Source of the DNA: Glaucostegus cemiculus
Taxonomy: Eukaryota
Length of the DNA stretch: 64,000 bases
Reading direction: 5' to 3'
Assembly: GCA_976551045.1 (NCBI GenBank)
Contig: CDPCPM010000091.1
Span: 11,408,001-11,472,000 of the forward strand
The translations under genes and the position numbers were made by a program. Below the pieces are notes generated by a model, which worked only from the letters and a program-made list of their open reading frames with translations, was not told the DNA's origin and ran no database searches. Shown piece after piece: positions 33,923-47,205 of this stretch. How positions within the stretch are numbered: the first letter of the stretch is position 1; each line of letters starts with the position of its first letter.

Positions 33923-36649
33923 AGGCCACTTCATAGGAGCATTACTATTCAAAATATTTTTACCAAATATCATAATGACATATTAAAAGAGGTCGTAGGT
34001 AGATCTTAAAGCATGAGCGAGAATCTAGGAGAGTATTCTGTTACTTAAAGCAACGACATCTGAAGGCAGAACAACCAATATTGGGATAATGGGGGTCAGG
34101 GTACCAATTGTTTTGTTCATTCCAGTCAAATAAATAGGTGATGCTTTGGATTTGGGGAGCAGTGAGTAAGAAGGTCTACTTTTAATTCTTTCCAAGGAGC
34201 ACTGGTATATATCTTCCTTTCTCTTTTTAGTCAATAGCCTTGGTGATCCAGAATTAGGATGCTGTTTGTTCTTTTTCAGCTCTTGCTTAGTTGACTACAG
34301 GATAGTAAATCTGTGTCACTTTGCAAAAAAACTTGTATAACAATTTATTTATTGTCACTTCATTGATCAGAATGCCAGATCCCATCAGGAAAGTGCAATG
34401 GTCGACTCTTCATTATGTTTCTTCTAGTTGAAGAATTTTAAGTACTTGAAGAATCTCATTGTTGTTTTAGGACACTTTTATTATATTTGATCCAAATCAA
34501 CCTAGATACCATAAGGTACCTACTGACTCTGGTATTGTACTAGTATCATTGTATTCAGTTTCCGAAACTTCTTGGCATTGCATCCTTGGATGTTACAGGC
34601 ACCATTTCATAGTTTCTATGGCTTAAAATTCCATAATGAAGAAGCCATAGGATCAAATATCCAGCACGCAAGGTCATGGAGGAGGCAGTCAAAATCCTCA
34701 GGAAAATTGATGTAATTGTCCTTTAGAAGAAAAGTGAAGGTTAATACAACAAAATGACCTCGGCTACTTTGCAGAAGCATTATCATTCAAAATATCTTAC
34801 CCAATTACATAATGAGATACTAGGAGAAGCCTAATAATAATCTGCTAATGGAATCATATTCTTAGAAGTTCTTTGTTTCAAAATCATAAGATCCTACAAG
34901 CATAACAGGAGGCCTTCACATTTCCAAAGAGAAGTATTCTTTGTGTTTTAATTCTTTTTAAGTTGCCCATTGAGAAGAGATATAACTTCTCGTTTCTATT
35001 TTTAAAGAATGAGTCTTGATTACAAGTGGATATTGCTCCAATGTTCAGAAAATATTTAAAGTGAATGACAGAAATCATACTAATTCGCCCAACATTTATC
35101 GTGTTATATCTCACAAGATCCTTGTGAAATTATATAATTTATACCAGGATCTACACATTTACTCTCATTATGCTGGAAGAACAAGAGGCACCATGTCATT
35201 GACATTTGTTCAAATTCAGAAAGAGACAAAGAATCAATGAAGCTGCACCATGCAAGGCAAATCTGTCCCCTGTTAACCAAAGATATTGGCATTTTACAAA
35301 TTATCTCTTAATTAAAAATAGATCAGATTCCTGTGGTTGAGCTGAAACTATTGTCAACATATGTCTGATCAATTTTATAGCTTTTTCTAACTTTAACCAC
35401 CATTCAAGTTTGCTGATGTAACTTTTGCTGATGTAAAATCAGTTTTCAGCAGCACCTGAGCTTGATGCCTTTATCCGTGAATGATGTAATAGAAAGATAA
35501 GTCTCCAAACTGTAAAAGGAATAGAACTACTTGTTAACACGAATCAACAAATGCCTTTGGAAGAAAATATGGTAACTATCCAGCCCATAGCCAATATTTA
35601 TTCAGGAATCAAGGATATGCATTGTGTGGATGACTGCCCAGACTTGTGATAACATTGTTTAGAATCTTGCTAAACAGTGTAAGGAAGGGGGAAGTTTAAT
35701 TGTGACATCTTGTTGCAGAGTAAATGGATCTCTCACATCAGCCCAGTCTGCTTGAAACTATCTTGTAATCCATTTTCCGATTCGACAACTTTCCCAATAA
35801 CACTTTGCTTTAAGGAAGATGGTCAATTTTTTAAAAATTTTCAATTTCTTCTAGAACCTTATCAATGCCAAATGGCAAGGACACACAGCATTGCTGATAT
35901 ACTGATGAAGCTAGATCTGGTCTTTCATATATTGCCCCCATTTTCATAGAACTATAACATTTGCAGCCATATTGTGAAGGTATATAGGTATATATGTGAA
36001 GGTATGAAGGTATATAAGTGACATATAAGTGACTATGCACTTACTGAGAACTCCATTAGAATTTCTAATAGGTGAGTGAATGACCACAAATCCAGAGAAG
36101 CCTGGTTCTGCTGTCAAATTCCAACCTGCCCCATCCCCTTAGATTATTTCATTCACTTAATTCTCCCTCAGCACCTCAGTTATTATTCTTCTTCTCCTCT
36201 TGGGACTTTATTTTGATTGATATGCATTCTGTTCCAACACCATTTGCTACTCAAATGTCACAGCTCTGAGTGTGAGGACATAGGTCCTGTGTTCAAAACT
36301 AGATTCTCTGTGAGATTTTTAGAAGTTAACTGCCAAAGAAATCTCATCTGTTATCCCCTTAGACCAACAATTTTGATCAGTGACTGCAGTATGTCCTGCT
36401 TCAGTTATTCTCCAAGTTTCGCAGAATTATGACATACATCAATCCAATGCAATGAACATCCATCTTTGCTCATAACTCTCCTTATTCTGGCTCTGGAATG
36501 ACTAATATTATTCAACTTGACAGTTAAGGTATAAGTATTGATGCCCTTGCTTGCAGATCATATTACACACCAAAACCACAACTCTGTATTTAACAAATCC
36601 CAGTTTTACTGCTGTTTATCCTTAAAACAACATAAGAAGCACAGAGTAA

Positions 36650-38030
36650 ATAGTGACAGATTTCAAGGGGTCACTATTCTGGATACCTTTGTATGCAGTT
36701 GATTGAAAGTTACCATTCAGGTACAGCAAGCAGTCAGGCAAACAATATACTGGCCTTTCTTGCAAGAGGATTTGAGTATAAGAGTAGAGATGTCTTGCTC
36801 TAATTATGCAGGGTAATCATGACACTGCATCTGAAATATTATGTATAGGTCTGATCTTGTTATGTGAGGAAGCATGTACTTCTAGAGAGAGTGTAGTGAA
36901 GGTTCACAAGATTGATTCCTGGTGTAGACAGTTTGTCCTGTGAGGAGGGATTAAATATACTGGGTTTATGTACCTTTGAGTTTAGAAGAATGAGAGTTGA
37001 TACAAAATCTGTACAGGACTTGACGTTGCAGATGCAGTAATGATATTTTTCCCAGCTTGGGTGCCCAGGACTGGAGGTCATAGTCTTTGGGAGGACAAAC
37101 TCCAGGGCAGAGTATGAGGTAAATGGTAAAGTACTTGGCAGTGTAGAGGAGCAGAGGGATCTGGGGGTTCATATCCACAGTTCACTCAAAGTTGCCTCGC
37201 AGGTGGATAGGGCAGTTAAGAAGGCTTATGGGATGTTAGCTTTTATAAATCGTGGGATTGAGTTCAAGAGCAGAGAGGTGATGATGCTGCTTTACAAAAC
37301 TCTAGTTAGGCCGCATTTAGAATATTGTGTTCAGTTCTGGTCGCCGCATTATAGGAAGGCTGTGGAGGCGTTGGAGAGGGTACAGAGGCGATTTACCAGG
37401 ATGATGCCTGGATAAGAGGCTATGGAATATGGGGAGAGGCTTAAGGTATTAGGGCTCTACTCATTGGAGAGGAGGAGGATGAGAGGGGACTTGATAGAGG
37501 TGTATAAGATATTGAGAGGAATAGATAGAGTTGACAGCCAATGCCTCTTTCCCAGAGTGCAGATGCACAAGACGAGAAGGCATGGCTTTAAGATATTGGG
37601 TGGAAAGTTTAGGGGAGATGTCAGAGGGAAGTTTTTCACCCAGATAGTAGTTGGCGCATGGAATGCGCTGCCTGGGGTGATAGTAGAGGCAGGTACGTTG
37701 GACAGGTTCAAGAGATTGTTAGATAGGCACATGGAAGAATGTGGAATAGTAGGATATGTGGGAGGAAAGAGTTAGATTGTGAGACGTTTGAAGGATGACA
37801 CAACTTGGTGGGCCGAAGGGCCTGTTTTGTGCTGTATTGTTCTATGGTTCTATGGTTAAATAAGGGGTTAACCATTTAAGGCAGAGAGGAGAAGAAATCT
37901 CTTCATTAAGAGGTTGGTGAATCTTTGGAAATCTGTACCCGTGGGAGCTGTGGTGGTTCACAATTCAAGACTGAAATTGATAGATTGTTAGATACGAAGG
38001 GCAACAAGTGATATGAGATTAGTGCAGGAG
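36650..38030 (+). mobile_element. Old CR1 3' fragment split by a younger CR1
   Basis: Decayed ORF2 C-terminus. gaggtcatagtc at 37074-37085 resumes as aaataagggg at 37858. Confidence 0.7.
37087..37857 (+). mobile_element. Younger 5'-truncated CR1 with intact 3' UTR
   Basis: ORFs 37203..37415 and 37422..37775 (LVRPHLEYCVQFWSP, RMRGDLIEVYKI) separated by one stop. Tail ttctatggttctatggtt. Confidence 0.93.
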
Positions 38031-39450
38031 GAAGGGACAAAACTAAAAGCTATTGACTTGTTAGCTAAACATCAGTTGTAGGGAAAATGCAGGAACCTAT
38101 AACGAAAGATGTAATAAAAGAACACCTCGAAAAGAATGATAGGATTAAACAGAGTCAGTATGGATTTATGGAAGGGAAATCATGTTTGTCTAATTTATTG
38201 GAGTTCTCTAAGCATATGACTAGTGAGATAGATAAGGAGGAACCAGTTGGTGTGATGCATTTAGATTTTCAGAAGACTTTCAATTAGGTCCCGCAAAAGA
38301 GGTTTGTCAAAAGTTATGAAATCAGGGTAATATACTGGCATGGATTGGGAACTAGTTGGGGGACAGAAAGCAAGGAATGAGAATAAATTGGTGTTTCTCA
38401 GATTAGCAAGCAATGATTAGTGAGGCACCCCATGGCACCTCATGGATCAGTTCTGAAGACACAGCCATTCACAACCTATATCGATAATTTAGTTGAGGGA
38501 TCCAAGTACCATATTTCCCAGTTTGCTGATGATACAGAACTAGATGGGATTATATAGGGAGAAAGGTCCAGAAAGGTGTCAAGGGAATATACTCAAGCAG
38601 GATTAATGGGTGAGAACATGGAAGATGCAGAAGGATATGAGATCATCCACATTGATGCACAAGAATAAAAAAGGGTATTTTTATTAAATATTTACAAATT
38701 GGGAAAATTTGATCTTTGAAAGAATTGAGGTATCCTTGTACACATGCCACTGAAAGTCAACATGTTATTGCAGCAAACATTTAGGAAGGCAAATGGTATG
38801 TTGGTCTTTATTACAAGAGGATTTGAATATTGGTGTATAGATGTCTAACAATACTTAGATAAGATCATGGTGAGACCACGTCTGAACGTGGTCTCACCTT
38901 GTACGATTATGTATAATTTCGGTCTTGTGATTTAAAAAAATTACATTTGCCCTAGAGGAAATGCAGCAAAAATTCAACAGGCTGGTTCCTGGGATAGAGG
39001 AGTTCCACATGAAGGGAGCAAACTAGGTCCTTATCCTTGAAGATTTAAAAAAATGAGAAGGGATGTGGAAACTGCAACATTCTTACTGAGCTCATCAGGG
39101 TGGATATAAGGATCAATCTTCACAGTTGTCCAGCCTCAGAAGGTTGCAGAGGTTCTGCTTTGAGTGAACTCAATGATAGACAACATTCAAAGCAGAGATC
39201 AATAGAGATCAATAGTAAGGGAATCATGAGGTAAGGAGACAGGCAGGGAAATAGTGCTGAGGTAGATGATCAGCCGTAAACTTGATGAATGGCAGAGCAA
39301 GCTTGAAGGGCCCTATTCCTCTGCTCCTAATTATCATATAAAGGTGGTGTAGAATTAAAACAACAGCTATTGTTATATTGAAAGGTGGAACAGGTATGAG
39401 GGGCAGTATGGTCTACTTATACTTCTATTTTTTTATTTTCTTGTGTTCTT
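38030..39450 (+). mobile_element. Old CR1 RT-to-3' fragment(s)
   Basis: GFMEGKSCLSNLLEF, LDFQKTFN, tttgctgatgat (FADD), and two 3' UTR-like ends. Confidence 0.8.
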
Positions 39451-40947
39451 ATGTCAAGTTGTTACTTCACTAGTGAAATCCAATTTTATACTTATGATCA
39501 GATATTGCATTAACAAACTGTTAACATGTCTTGCTAATAAATCACAAAGGATTCAGATTTGCTTTCACAGATTTATCCTAGATTTTCCTACTACCACAAG
39601 AACTAATTGTGACCAAGTGATAATGATTAATATTTAATGGTTGAATGTTATTTTAAACTTGAAAAATTCTTCAAGTGACCCAGTTAATCTGAGGGAAAAT
39701 TGTCATTTTGATAGAATTAATTAATATCCATCTCTCAGGGGAAAATGGGAGTCATGGGCAAAGATCTTTCTGATTAATGTATCTTGCATTGTCATAATGA
39801 TGCTTTCAGACTCTGTGGTGGCTAATATACAGCCGTCATAATCATTATGTTGTAAATGTGAAACTTTTGGGGATTTTCCTTTTTAAAAAATTTGAAATAA
39901 TCTCCATATTGACTATATTACTCCAAAAGTAAACACTCTCTGGATTCCAGGAACCCCATGTAACTGCAAATTCTCAGCAGACAAAGCAGTATTTTCCAAT
40001 AGAAAATAACCAGATGACAACTAGTGGCTGCACTATAAAGTTAACTGTTATTTCACTGCACAAATGAAGCCACATCTGCTGAGTATTTCCAAAATTTTCT
40101 AATTTTGTTTCTTGAATATGTTGGTTGACTGATATTTTATGTATTTGGTCCAGAACCAGGTACATATTCTACCATGTTTAATTGAAAGTATGTTGCTCAT
40201 TATGCAATCAACAATTATTTTGCCTAAATCTCTGAGAATGTAATTAACTATTCCAATCCACGAGCAAACTGAATATAAACCTTGTTACATTCATTAAAGC
40301 TAAGTTAAAAGCATAATTAACTGTAACTACAATTAAACAATATATTTATAGTGTTTTATATCTCCAGACATTACCAATCCCCAAGCAAAATGCTTGAGAT
40401 TTAATTGTAATTAAATTGTAATTGTAAAATTGAATTAATTCATAACATACTTATATAAACCACCCAGTATTAGATTAAAATCTTACTACATTTAATAACA
40501 AAATGCTTAATGAAGCTTTCCTAAGTACAATGTTCAGACAAAACAAGGATAAATTAAAACATAATCGGGATTTAGATAATCATCTTTGTCATCATGAAAA
40601 TGCAAATTGAAATTATGTAAAGTAAATAAAGAATCACATTTAATTATTAGATACACCACTGCTTATTATTACACTAAAACTAAATATAAAATACTTTTTG
40701 ATTTACTTTAGAGGAATTGGTGTGAAGCCCATGGAAGATTCATGGCTGAGCCTTAATTAAATTAAAACTTCTGATGCTAATTGCACTCCTTGAGGGCAGA
40801 TCGGTGATTGGGGGTGGGGTGGAGCATCCAGCAGGTCAGCTGCTACTCAAAGCTTGCAAAATCCAAAAAAGTGATACAGTAAAATTCAACTTTGGTATTG
40901 TAAAATAACAAGCATAGCCTTCCTCATCAAGTCTGGAGTCAGGCTAG

Positions 40948-41262
40948 TTCCCCACCCCAGGAACTGCCCTACCCCAGGTAAATACCACCCTGACCACAGA
41001 CGCTGCCCTCCCCCGGGTAGTTACCCACCCACTCTGTACCCGGGCACTACCACTCCCGGGTACGGCACCAGCCCAGGTCAACACCCGCCCTGACCGCTCA
41101 CTGTATTGCCGCGGCTAACTACCCCCCCCACGCCGCCGGCCGAGCCCAGGTAAACCCCCTTCGTGACCGGGGGGACAGACCCGCCCTGACCCCGGGTACT
41201 GCACTACCCCCCCCACTGACCCCCGAGAACCCCACAACCCGCCCCCCTCCCCCGCAGCCCGG
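40948..41262. repeat. C-rich, CpG-rich degenerate repeat abutting the Tx1 5' end
   Basis: About 8 CCC(A/G)GG motifs, mostly CCCRGGT, and cccgccctgacc twice. Confidence 0.6.
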
Positions 41263-42925
41263 GCCGCTCTCCTTTGTTTTGTTTGTGTGTCGGATAGAAC
41301 CCTTTGCCAAATCCATCAGGAAGGACAAGAGCTTAAGAGGGCTGGCGTTGCCGGGCAGGGGAGGCACCCAGGTCAAAACCTCCCTGTACATGGACAATGT
41401 CGCCGTCTTCGGCTCGGATCCACGGTCAGTTTGCAGATTGATCAGTATCTGTGACCAGTTGGAGTCGGCAGCGGAAGCCAGAGTCAACTGCGTTAAGAGC
41501 GAGGCCACGCTCTTTGGCAACTGGCCCAACCCATCCAACGTCCCGCTCAACCGTCAGGTCTGACGACCTGAAAGTGCTGGGGATCTGGTTCGGAGGGTCT
41601 GAGGTGTGTAACAAGAATTGACTTGAGTGGATTGAGAAGGTCAAGCAAGGAATGGGTCTGTGGAAACAGCGCTCTTTGTCAATAACTGGGAAGAACTTGG
41701 TCAGCAGGTGCGATATGATCTCAGGGCTGTTGTACTCGGCGCAGGTGTGGCCCGTTCCCCGCTCTTCTACCTCGGTAATCACCCAGTCGCCTTCCAGTTT
41801 ATCTGGGGGTCCAAGTGGAGGGAGTCTGACAGATCACGATGCACAAGTCCCCTGAGAATGGGGGCAAAATGGACCAATCATTGCCCTCATTCTGACAACC
41901 GCTGCATCAGACGGTGTGCGGAACCAAAGTACATGGGCACTAAGTGTCACTATGTGTGGAGGTTCTACCTGTCCCCAGTGTTGTGGAAAGTAGGTCTGGC
42001 CCTGTTGCCATGCAACATCCCAGTCAGCTGGACATTGCCGCACTACCTGTCCTTTATGGAAGAGTTCTTCCAAGCAAGCACCTTTGACCACATCCATCAG
42101 GCAATGGTCAGCACGGGACGTCCTGCAGACACTGTGGGACAGCGACCCTATGGATGCTGTGGGATGGTTCCCTGAGCAAACTGTCCAAATCATGTGGCAG
42201 GATGCCTCATCACAATACCTCATCAACAAGCACCAAGACCTCACCTGGCTGGCAGTGAGGTGGGCCCTCCCGGTCAGATCCTTCCTCTTCAGATGACACA
42301 TCATCCCTACCACACGCTATAGTGGGGAAGAGGTGGTCACCCACCTCTTTGCAGACCATGGATTTGCTAAGAAGGTGTGGAGATGGATGCAAGGGTCCAT
42401 GTCCTGGCTCATCCCCAGCAGCTGAGCAACAGAGGACTCTCTGATTTATGGGCTGTTCCCAAGGGAGCACACCAAAACAGACTAACTGCTGCTGGAAGGT
42501 CCTCAACTTGGTGAAAGACACCCTTTGGTCTGCCCAAACTTGTTGCTCTGCCAGCACGGTGAGATGTCCATAGAGGAACGCTGCTGACTGGCACATTCCA
42601 GGCTGCAGGAGTCTGTGCTGAGGGATGCACTGAAGCTCGGTGCAGCCAATGCAAAGGCTCTGCGGGGGAAGGACCAGAGTCTAGATCCCCTCCGCTAATG
42701 CACATGGAGGGACTGAGTCAGGTGGGGAAGCCCCTCAAACAGTGAAATGGTGTATCACCTCAGAGGGCCACAAAAGTGGCAATGGTATGATGGTTTTAAA
42801 AAATAAGTTAACACTACTGTATGTGTTGACCATGAATGTAAAAGTTTTACACTGTTACTTTTGCATATATTTTTATTATGAATGGTTTATTTTTGAAATA
42901 TAGAAAATATAAAAAAACAAACAAA
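41262..42925 (+). mobile_element. 5'-truncated Tx1-group (L1 clade) non-LTR retrotransposon
   Basis: FVCRIEPFAKSIR, SLYMDNV (RT YxDD decayed), ARVNCVKSE, LKVLGIWF, LWKQRSLSITGK, with frameshifts. 3' UTR and A-rich tail near 42900. Confidence 0.87.
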
Positions 42926-43959
42926 TGCCCTCAACAAAGCCCCATATTATTGGATACAATACCAATGCTAATTAACCAAATCAGAAAGTAAAGGATTACT
43001 TCCCTTCCAATAAACAATAGGCAAAATTAATTGTCTGTAGAATAGAAAGGTAGGAGAGAATATATATCTGTCACTGTTATTATTCCCTGGCTTCGAGTGC
43101 ATTGCAGGCAGAAGGTTGGTGACCCTGCTGTTACTGCCGACATAATAGTTCTATTTTCTCCACATAGTGTAAAAGCTAACAATCCTTCCCTTTGCACTCA
43201 AAGGCAGCAGCGAACACTTCTTGCATTTCCTTCTTATTAGTCTCACACTTTCAAAGCATGTCATTGTTCTCACAACTACTTCCCCTTGAACTCATTTGCA
43301 GCATCTTGTTAACATAATGCACCCTCTTTGCAGTGAATGTGGGCAGATAGAACAGACAGAAAAGTAAGAGAACAAGATGAAGCACTGCCTTTATACAAAG
43401 TGTGACACTAAGCAGAACATAGGTAAGAACTTGAGGAACCCAGCCTTTCAAAAGGAAGTTTCCAGTTGCACTAGCAATAACTCAATATATTGGACTGGCT
43501 ACAAAGAGCTATGCTTAATTGTCAGAGTAAGTAGAAGTTCATTACCAATTTTTATGGAGGCTCTGCAACAAAAGTCTATGACCCTAGTAATAACATCTGA
43601 TATACTCATAATGGGACATGCAAACTGTAAGCTCGATCAGACTTGGACTGGCTGGAAGGTAACATGCACAAGAACTTCAGTCAGATCACTGCTATACTAC
43701 AAATTAATGAGTCGTTAATCCACAAGCTGATAACAGGGACAGTCGTGGAAAGGCAATGGAAGATGTCAACACTTCTTTATGATAGCAGCATTTATCAACA
43801 CTATCCTTAACTTGTGCCAACCTTTTTCAGAAAGTCAATGAGACCAGACTATTCCAACAAACACTGAGCTGCTGCTGTTCAGGTCTAGTTCATTCAGGTC
43901 TAATTTGCTCTGAACATCTAAGGCTTTCCACCTGCCTTCCTCAGGAGCAGAGACCTTGT

Positions 43960-46335
43960 AGCAAACTGCTGGAGGAACTCAGCAGATCAGGCAGCATCTG
44001 TAGAGACAGAGGGACTGTTGACATTTCAGTTCAAGATGCTGCATTAGGACAGAGTCCAGAGGGGAGGTGGCCAATATAAAGTAATGGGGGGGAGGGGGGG
44101 AGGGGGGAGGCAGGAGCTGCCATCCGATAGGTGGAATCAGGTGAGGAGAGGAATGAAGGGCAGATGGAGCCAGGGAGGGGAGGGTGGCAGTAGCGATAGA
44201 GGCTGGAAGGTGATAACTGGAGATAACAAACGGCTGCAGATTCTCGAATCTGATGAGGAAGATGCTAAGTGGAATTGGATAAGGGAGGGATGATGGGTAG
44301 ATTGAACCAGTGAAGGAGGGGATAGGAGAATGAGTGGGTTAAGTGTTTGGGTGATGGGTAGTGGAACCAATGAGGGAGGGGGAGAAAACAGCAATAGGGG
44401 TTTGGGGGAGCAGGGTTGTTGGAAAGAAGGGGGTGGGAGAACCTGGGTAGATCAGAAGGAGAGGAAAGGAACACCAGAGGTGCAGGTTACCTGAAATTGG
44501 ATATTTCATTGTGCAAGCGTTGGGTTGTAGACCACTCAGGTGGAATATGAGGTACTGCTCTTCTAGTTTGTGTTTAGCCTCACCCTGGCAGTGGAGAAGG
44601 CTGAGAATAAACAGGTTGGTGTGGGATTACATGCAGCCAAGAGCTCAAGATAGCCATTGCAACAGAATACAAGTGCTCGGCTGAGTGATCGCCTCATCTA
44701 CACTTGGTCTCACCAGTGTAGAGGAGGGCACATCGTAGAAGCACTGAATCTAATAGACAAGGTTGGAGGAGGTGCACACTAATCTCTGCCTCACCTGGAA
44801 GGGCTGTGAAGATCCCTGGATGGAGGTGAGGGAAGGGGGTGCAAGGACAGGTGTTGCATCTCCTACCATTGCAGGGGTAGGTGCCAGGTACGGGGAGAGG
44901 TGGGTGGGAAGGATAAACAAACCAGTAAGTCACAGAGAGAGTGGTCCCTGCAGAAAGCAGGAAGGGGTGGGGAGGGGAAGATGTGACTGGCAATGGGATC
45001 ATGTAGCAGCTGGTGGAACAGGTGAAGAATGACATGCTGGATGCAGAGGCCATTAGGGTGAAGGGTACAGACCAAGGGAACTCTGTCTCTGGGGTGAGAG
45101 CAGAAGTGTGAGAAATGGAGGAAATGTGGGTGAGGACTCCATCAAATACAGGAGAGGGGAAGCTATGTTTCCTGAAAAAGGAGGACGTTTCAGATGTCCT
45201 GCAACAGAAAGCTTCATCTTGAGAACAGATGTGATGGAGACAGAAACTGAGAGAAAGGGATGGTATTCCTACAGGAGGTAGGGTGGGAAGAGGTGCAACT
45301 TAGGTAGCTGTGAGAGTCAGCAGGTTTATAGTAAATGTCACTGATGTCACAATGTTGATTGAAGAGCAAGCTCACAGTGAACCCAAATACAGCACACTGG
45401 TACAAGACTGGAGTCAGGATACTTCCTCTGGACCAAACACAGGCAGCAACTGGAAGGAAATCTTGCCTCAGAGAGCCAAGTAGTAATCCCAACACAAACT
45501 GAATCTTCAAGCAGGACTAGAGAATGCAGAACTGCTCTGAAGTAGACCACTCTAAGCAGCAAGGAACCAAAGTATACCCAACAGTTGACCAATGCTCTGG
45601 CAGCTAGTGCTAGAGAAACCCAGGTACTTATGCTAGGCCCCTGATGGGGCTCAGGTGGGTGTCATTGTGCAATCAGTCCAGCATGGAATCCATGTGCTGT
45701 ACAATGAGGCATCTAAGGAGCCAAATCAAGGGCTAGTACTCAGAATCATGACAGGTGGATAGTTTGTCTCCTGATAGGGGAGAGAGGTGTCAGAAATGTC
45801 CATGTCAATTTGAGGGCAGATTGAAAGTAAGTAGCAAAGTTGATAAAATTGACAAGAACCACATGAGTGCAGAAGGCAGCATCAGTCAGTGATGTAGCAG
45901 AGAAAGAGTTGGGGACCGGTGCAAGAACAATTCGATGTAGCCAATGAAAGGTGGGCATAATGAGGGCCTATGTAAGTCCCCATGGTCACCCTTTTCATTT
46001 GTAAGAAGTGAGAGGAATCAAAGTGAGAGGGATGATGTTCAGGGTAAGAACAAGACAGATGAGAGTGTTAGTAGAGGGGAACCAGTTAGATCTATGTTCT
46101 AGAAAGAAGTGGAGAGCCCTAAGACCTTCCTGATGGGGGGATGGAGATGTACATAGACAGGATATCCATGGTGAAGATGAGGCAATGGGGGCTAGGGAAT
46201 TGGAAGTTGTCAAAATGGTCGAAGGAATGTTGGGTGTCCCAGATGAGGGTGAAAAGGGACTGGGCAAGGGGGAAACAAGATAGAGCTGAGATATGAGGAG
46301 AAAAGATCAGTGAGGCAGGAACCTTGCAGGGTAAG
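43960..46335 (-). mobile_element. Long decayed Penelope-like element (RT + Zn linker + GIY-YIG + terminus with hammerhead remnant 44014-44051)
   Basis: Minus-strand motifs in order: LIFTMDILSMYISIP, STNTLICL, DIYYKPADSHSYL, IPFSQFL, GTYPCNGRRCNTCP, CALLYTGETKCR. Confidence 0.9.
45345..45753. mobile_element. Probable solo LTR (409 bp) inserted in the Penelope RT
   Basis: Starts TGTCACAAT and ends ATCATGACA (TG...CA with short imperfect inverted termini). It splits the PLE motif GDKLST|DIYYKP. Confidence 0.6.
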
Positions 46336-46392
46336 GAGAGTAAGAAGGAGACCACTTAAGAAAGGTACTAGGAACCTTTAGTTTTGAATAAG

Positions 46393-46642
46393 GGTGGCAC
46401 GGTAGCGTAGCGGTTAGCGCTACTCTATTACAGTGCCAGCGATCGGGGTTCGATTCCCGGCGCTGTCTGTAAGGAGTCTGTACATTCTCCCGTGTCTGGG
46501 TGGGTTTCCTCCAGGTGCTCCAGTTTCCTCCCACATTTCAAAAAGATGTACGGGTAGGTTAATTTAGGGGTTTAAAATGGGCGGCGTGGACTCGTTGGGC
46601 CGAAAGGGCCTGTTACCGCGCTGTAAGTAAAACTTAAACTAT
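46393..46642 (+). mobile_element. Young V-SINE, family A
   Basis: Intact A and B boxes, V core and family A tail. Confidence 0.92.
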
Positions 46643-47004
46643 TTATAAACATGTTGTGGTTTTTTTTATGACTGGTATAAGCCAATAAAATACTTTCAAG
46701 TATTTTTATATGCAGGGAGTGTTCTGATAATAATTGGAAACCCTTTGATGTTCATTGACATAAATATTGATGTTGTTCATTGAATATAATTTAATTGAGG
46801 GTTGAAGTATTAGGCAGGTGTTGGACATCACTGTTAAAGTCCAGAGTTAAAGTCCCAGACAGACTGCAGAAGCAAAATTAATTATTGCCAGAAACCTCTC
46901 AATATTCAGAACATTATTTTGTCCCAAAATCATGAATTCATTGTAGGATGTGTATTTTATTTTAATCCCTATGGAGGGTGGTTTTCAAATTGGGACATTC
47001 CACT

Positions 47005-47205
47005 GAACTGGCAGATGAAGTGGTTGAGGTATGTATTATAACAACCTTTAAAAGTCATTTGGATAAGTACATGAATGGGAAGGTTTTAGAGGGAAATTGA
47101 CCAAATACAGACAAATGGGATGAGGTTGGTGGGCACCATGGACGTCGTGGAAAAGTTCAGTTGAAGGGGCTGTTTCCATGCTGTATTACTTCGTGACTCT
47201 AAGAC
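47005..47205 (+). mobile_element. CR1 3' end
   Basis: gaagtggttgagg...tttaaaagtcatttggataagtacatg, tail gactctaagactcta. Confidence 0.78.

Noticed and set aside
32786-34009. 407-aa ORF as a host or domesticated gene
   Set aside because: It is a CR1 RT fragment. The ORF start and stop lie in unrelated flanking DNA, and the RT N-terminus and endonuclease are missing.
34465-34500. ttttag|gacactttta as the TCERG1L terminal exon
   Set aside because: The required frame reads TLLLYLIQ, with no similarity to the expected FF-domain continuation.
35974-36035. Short repeats gtgaaggtat / tataagtgac
   Set aside because: Ordinary slippage duplications with no further structure.
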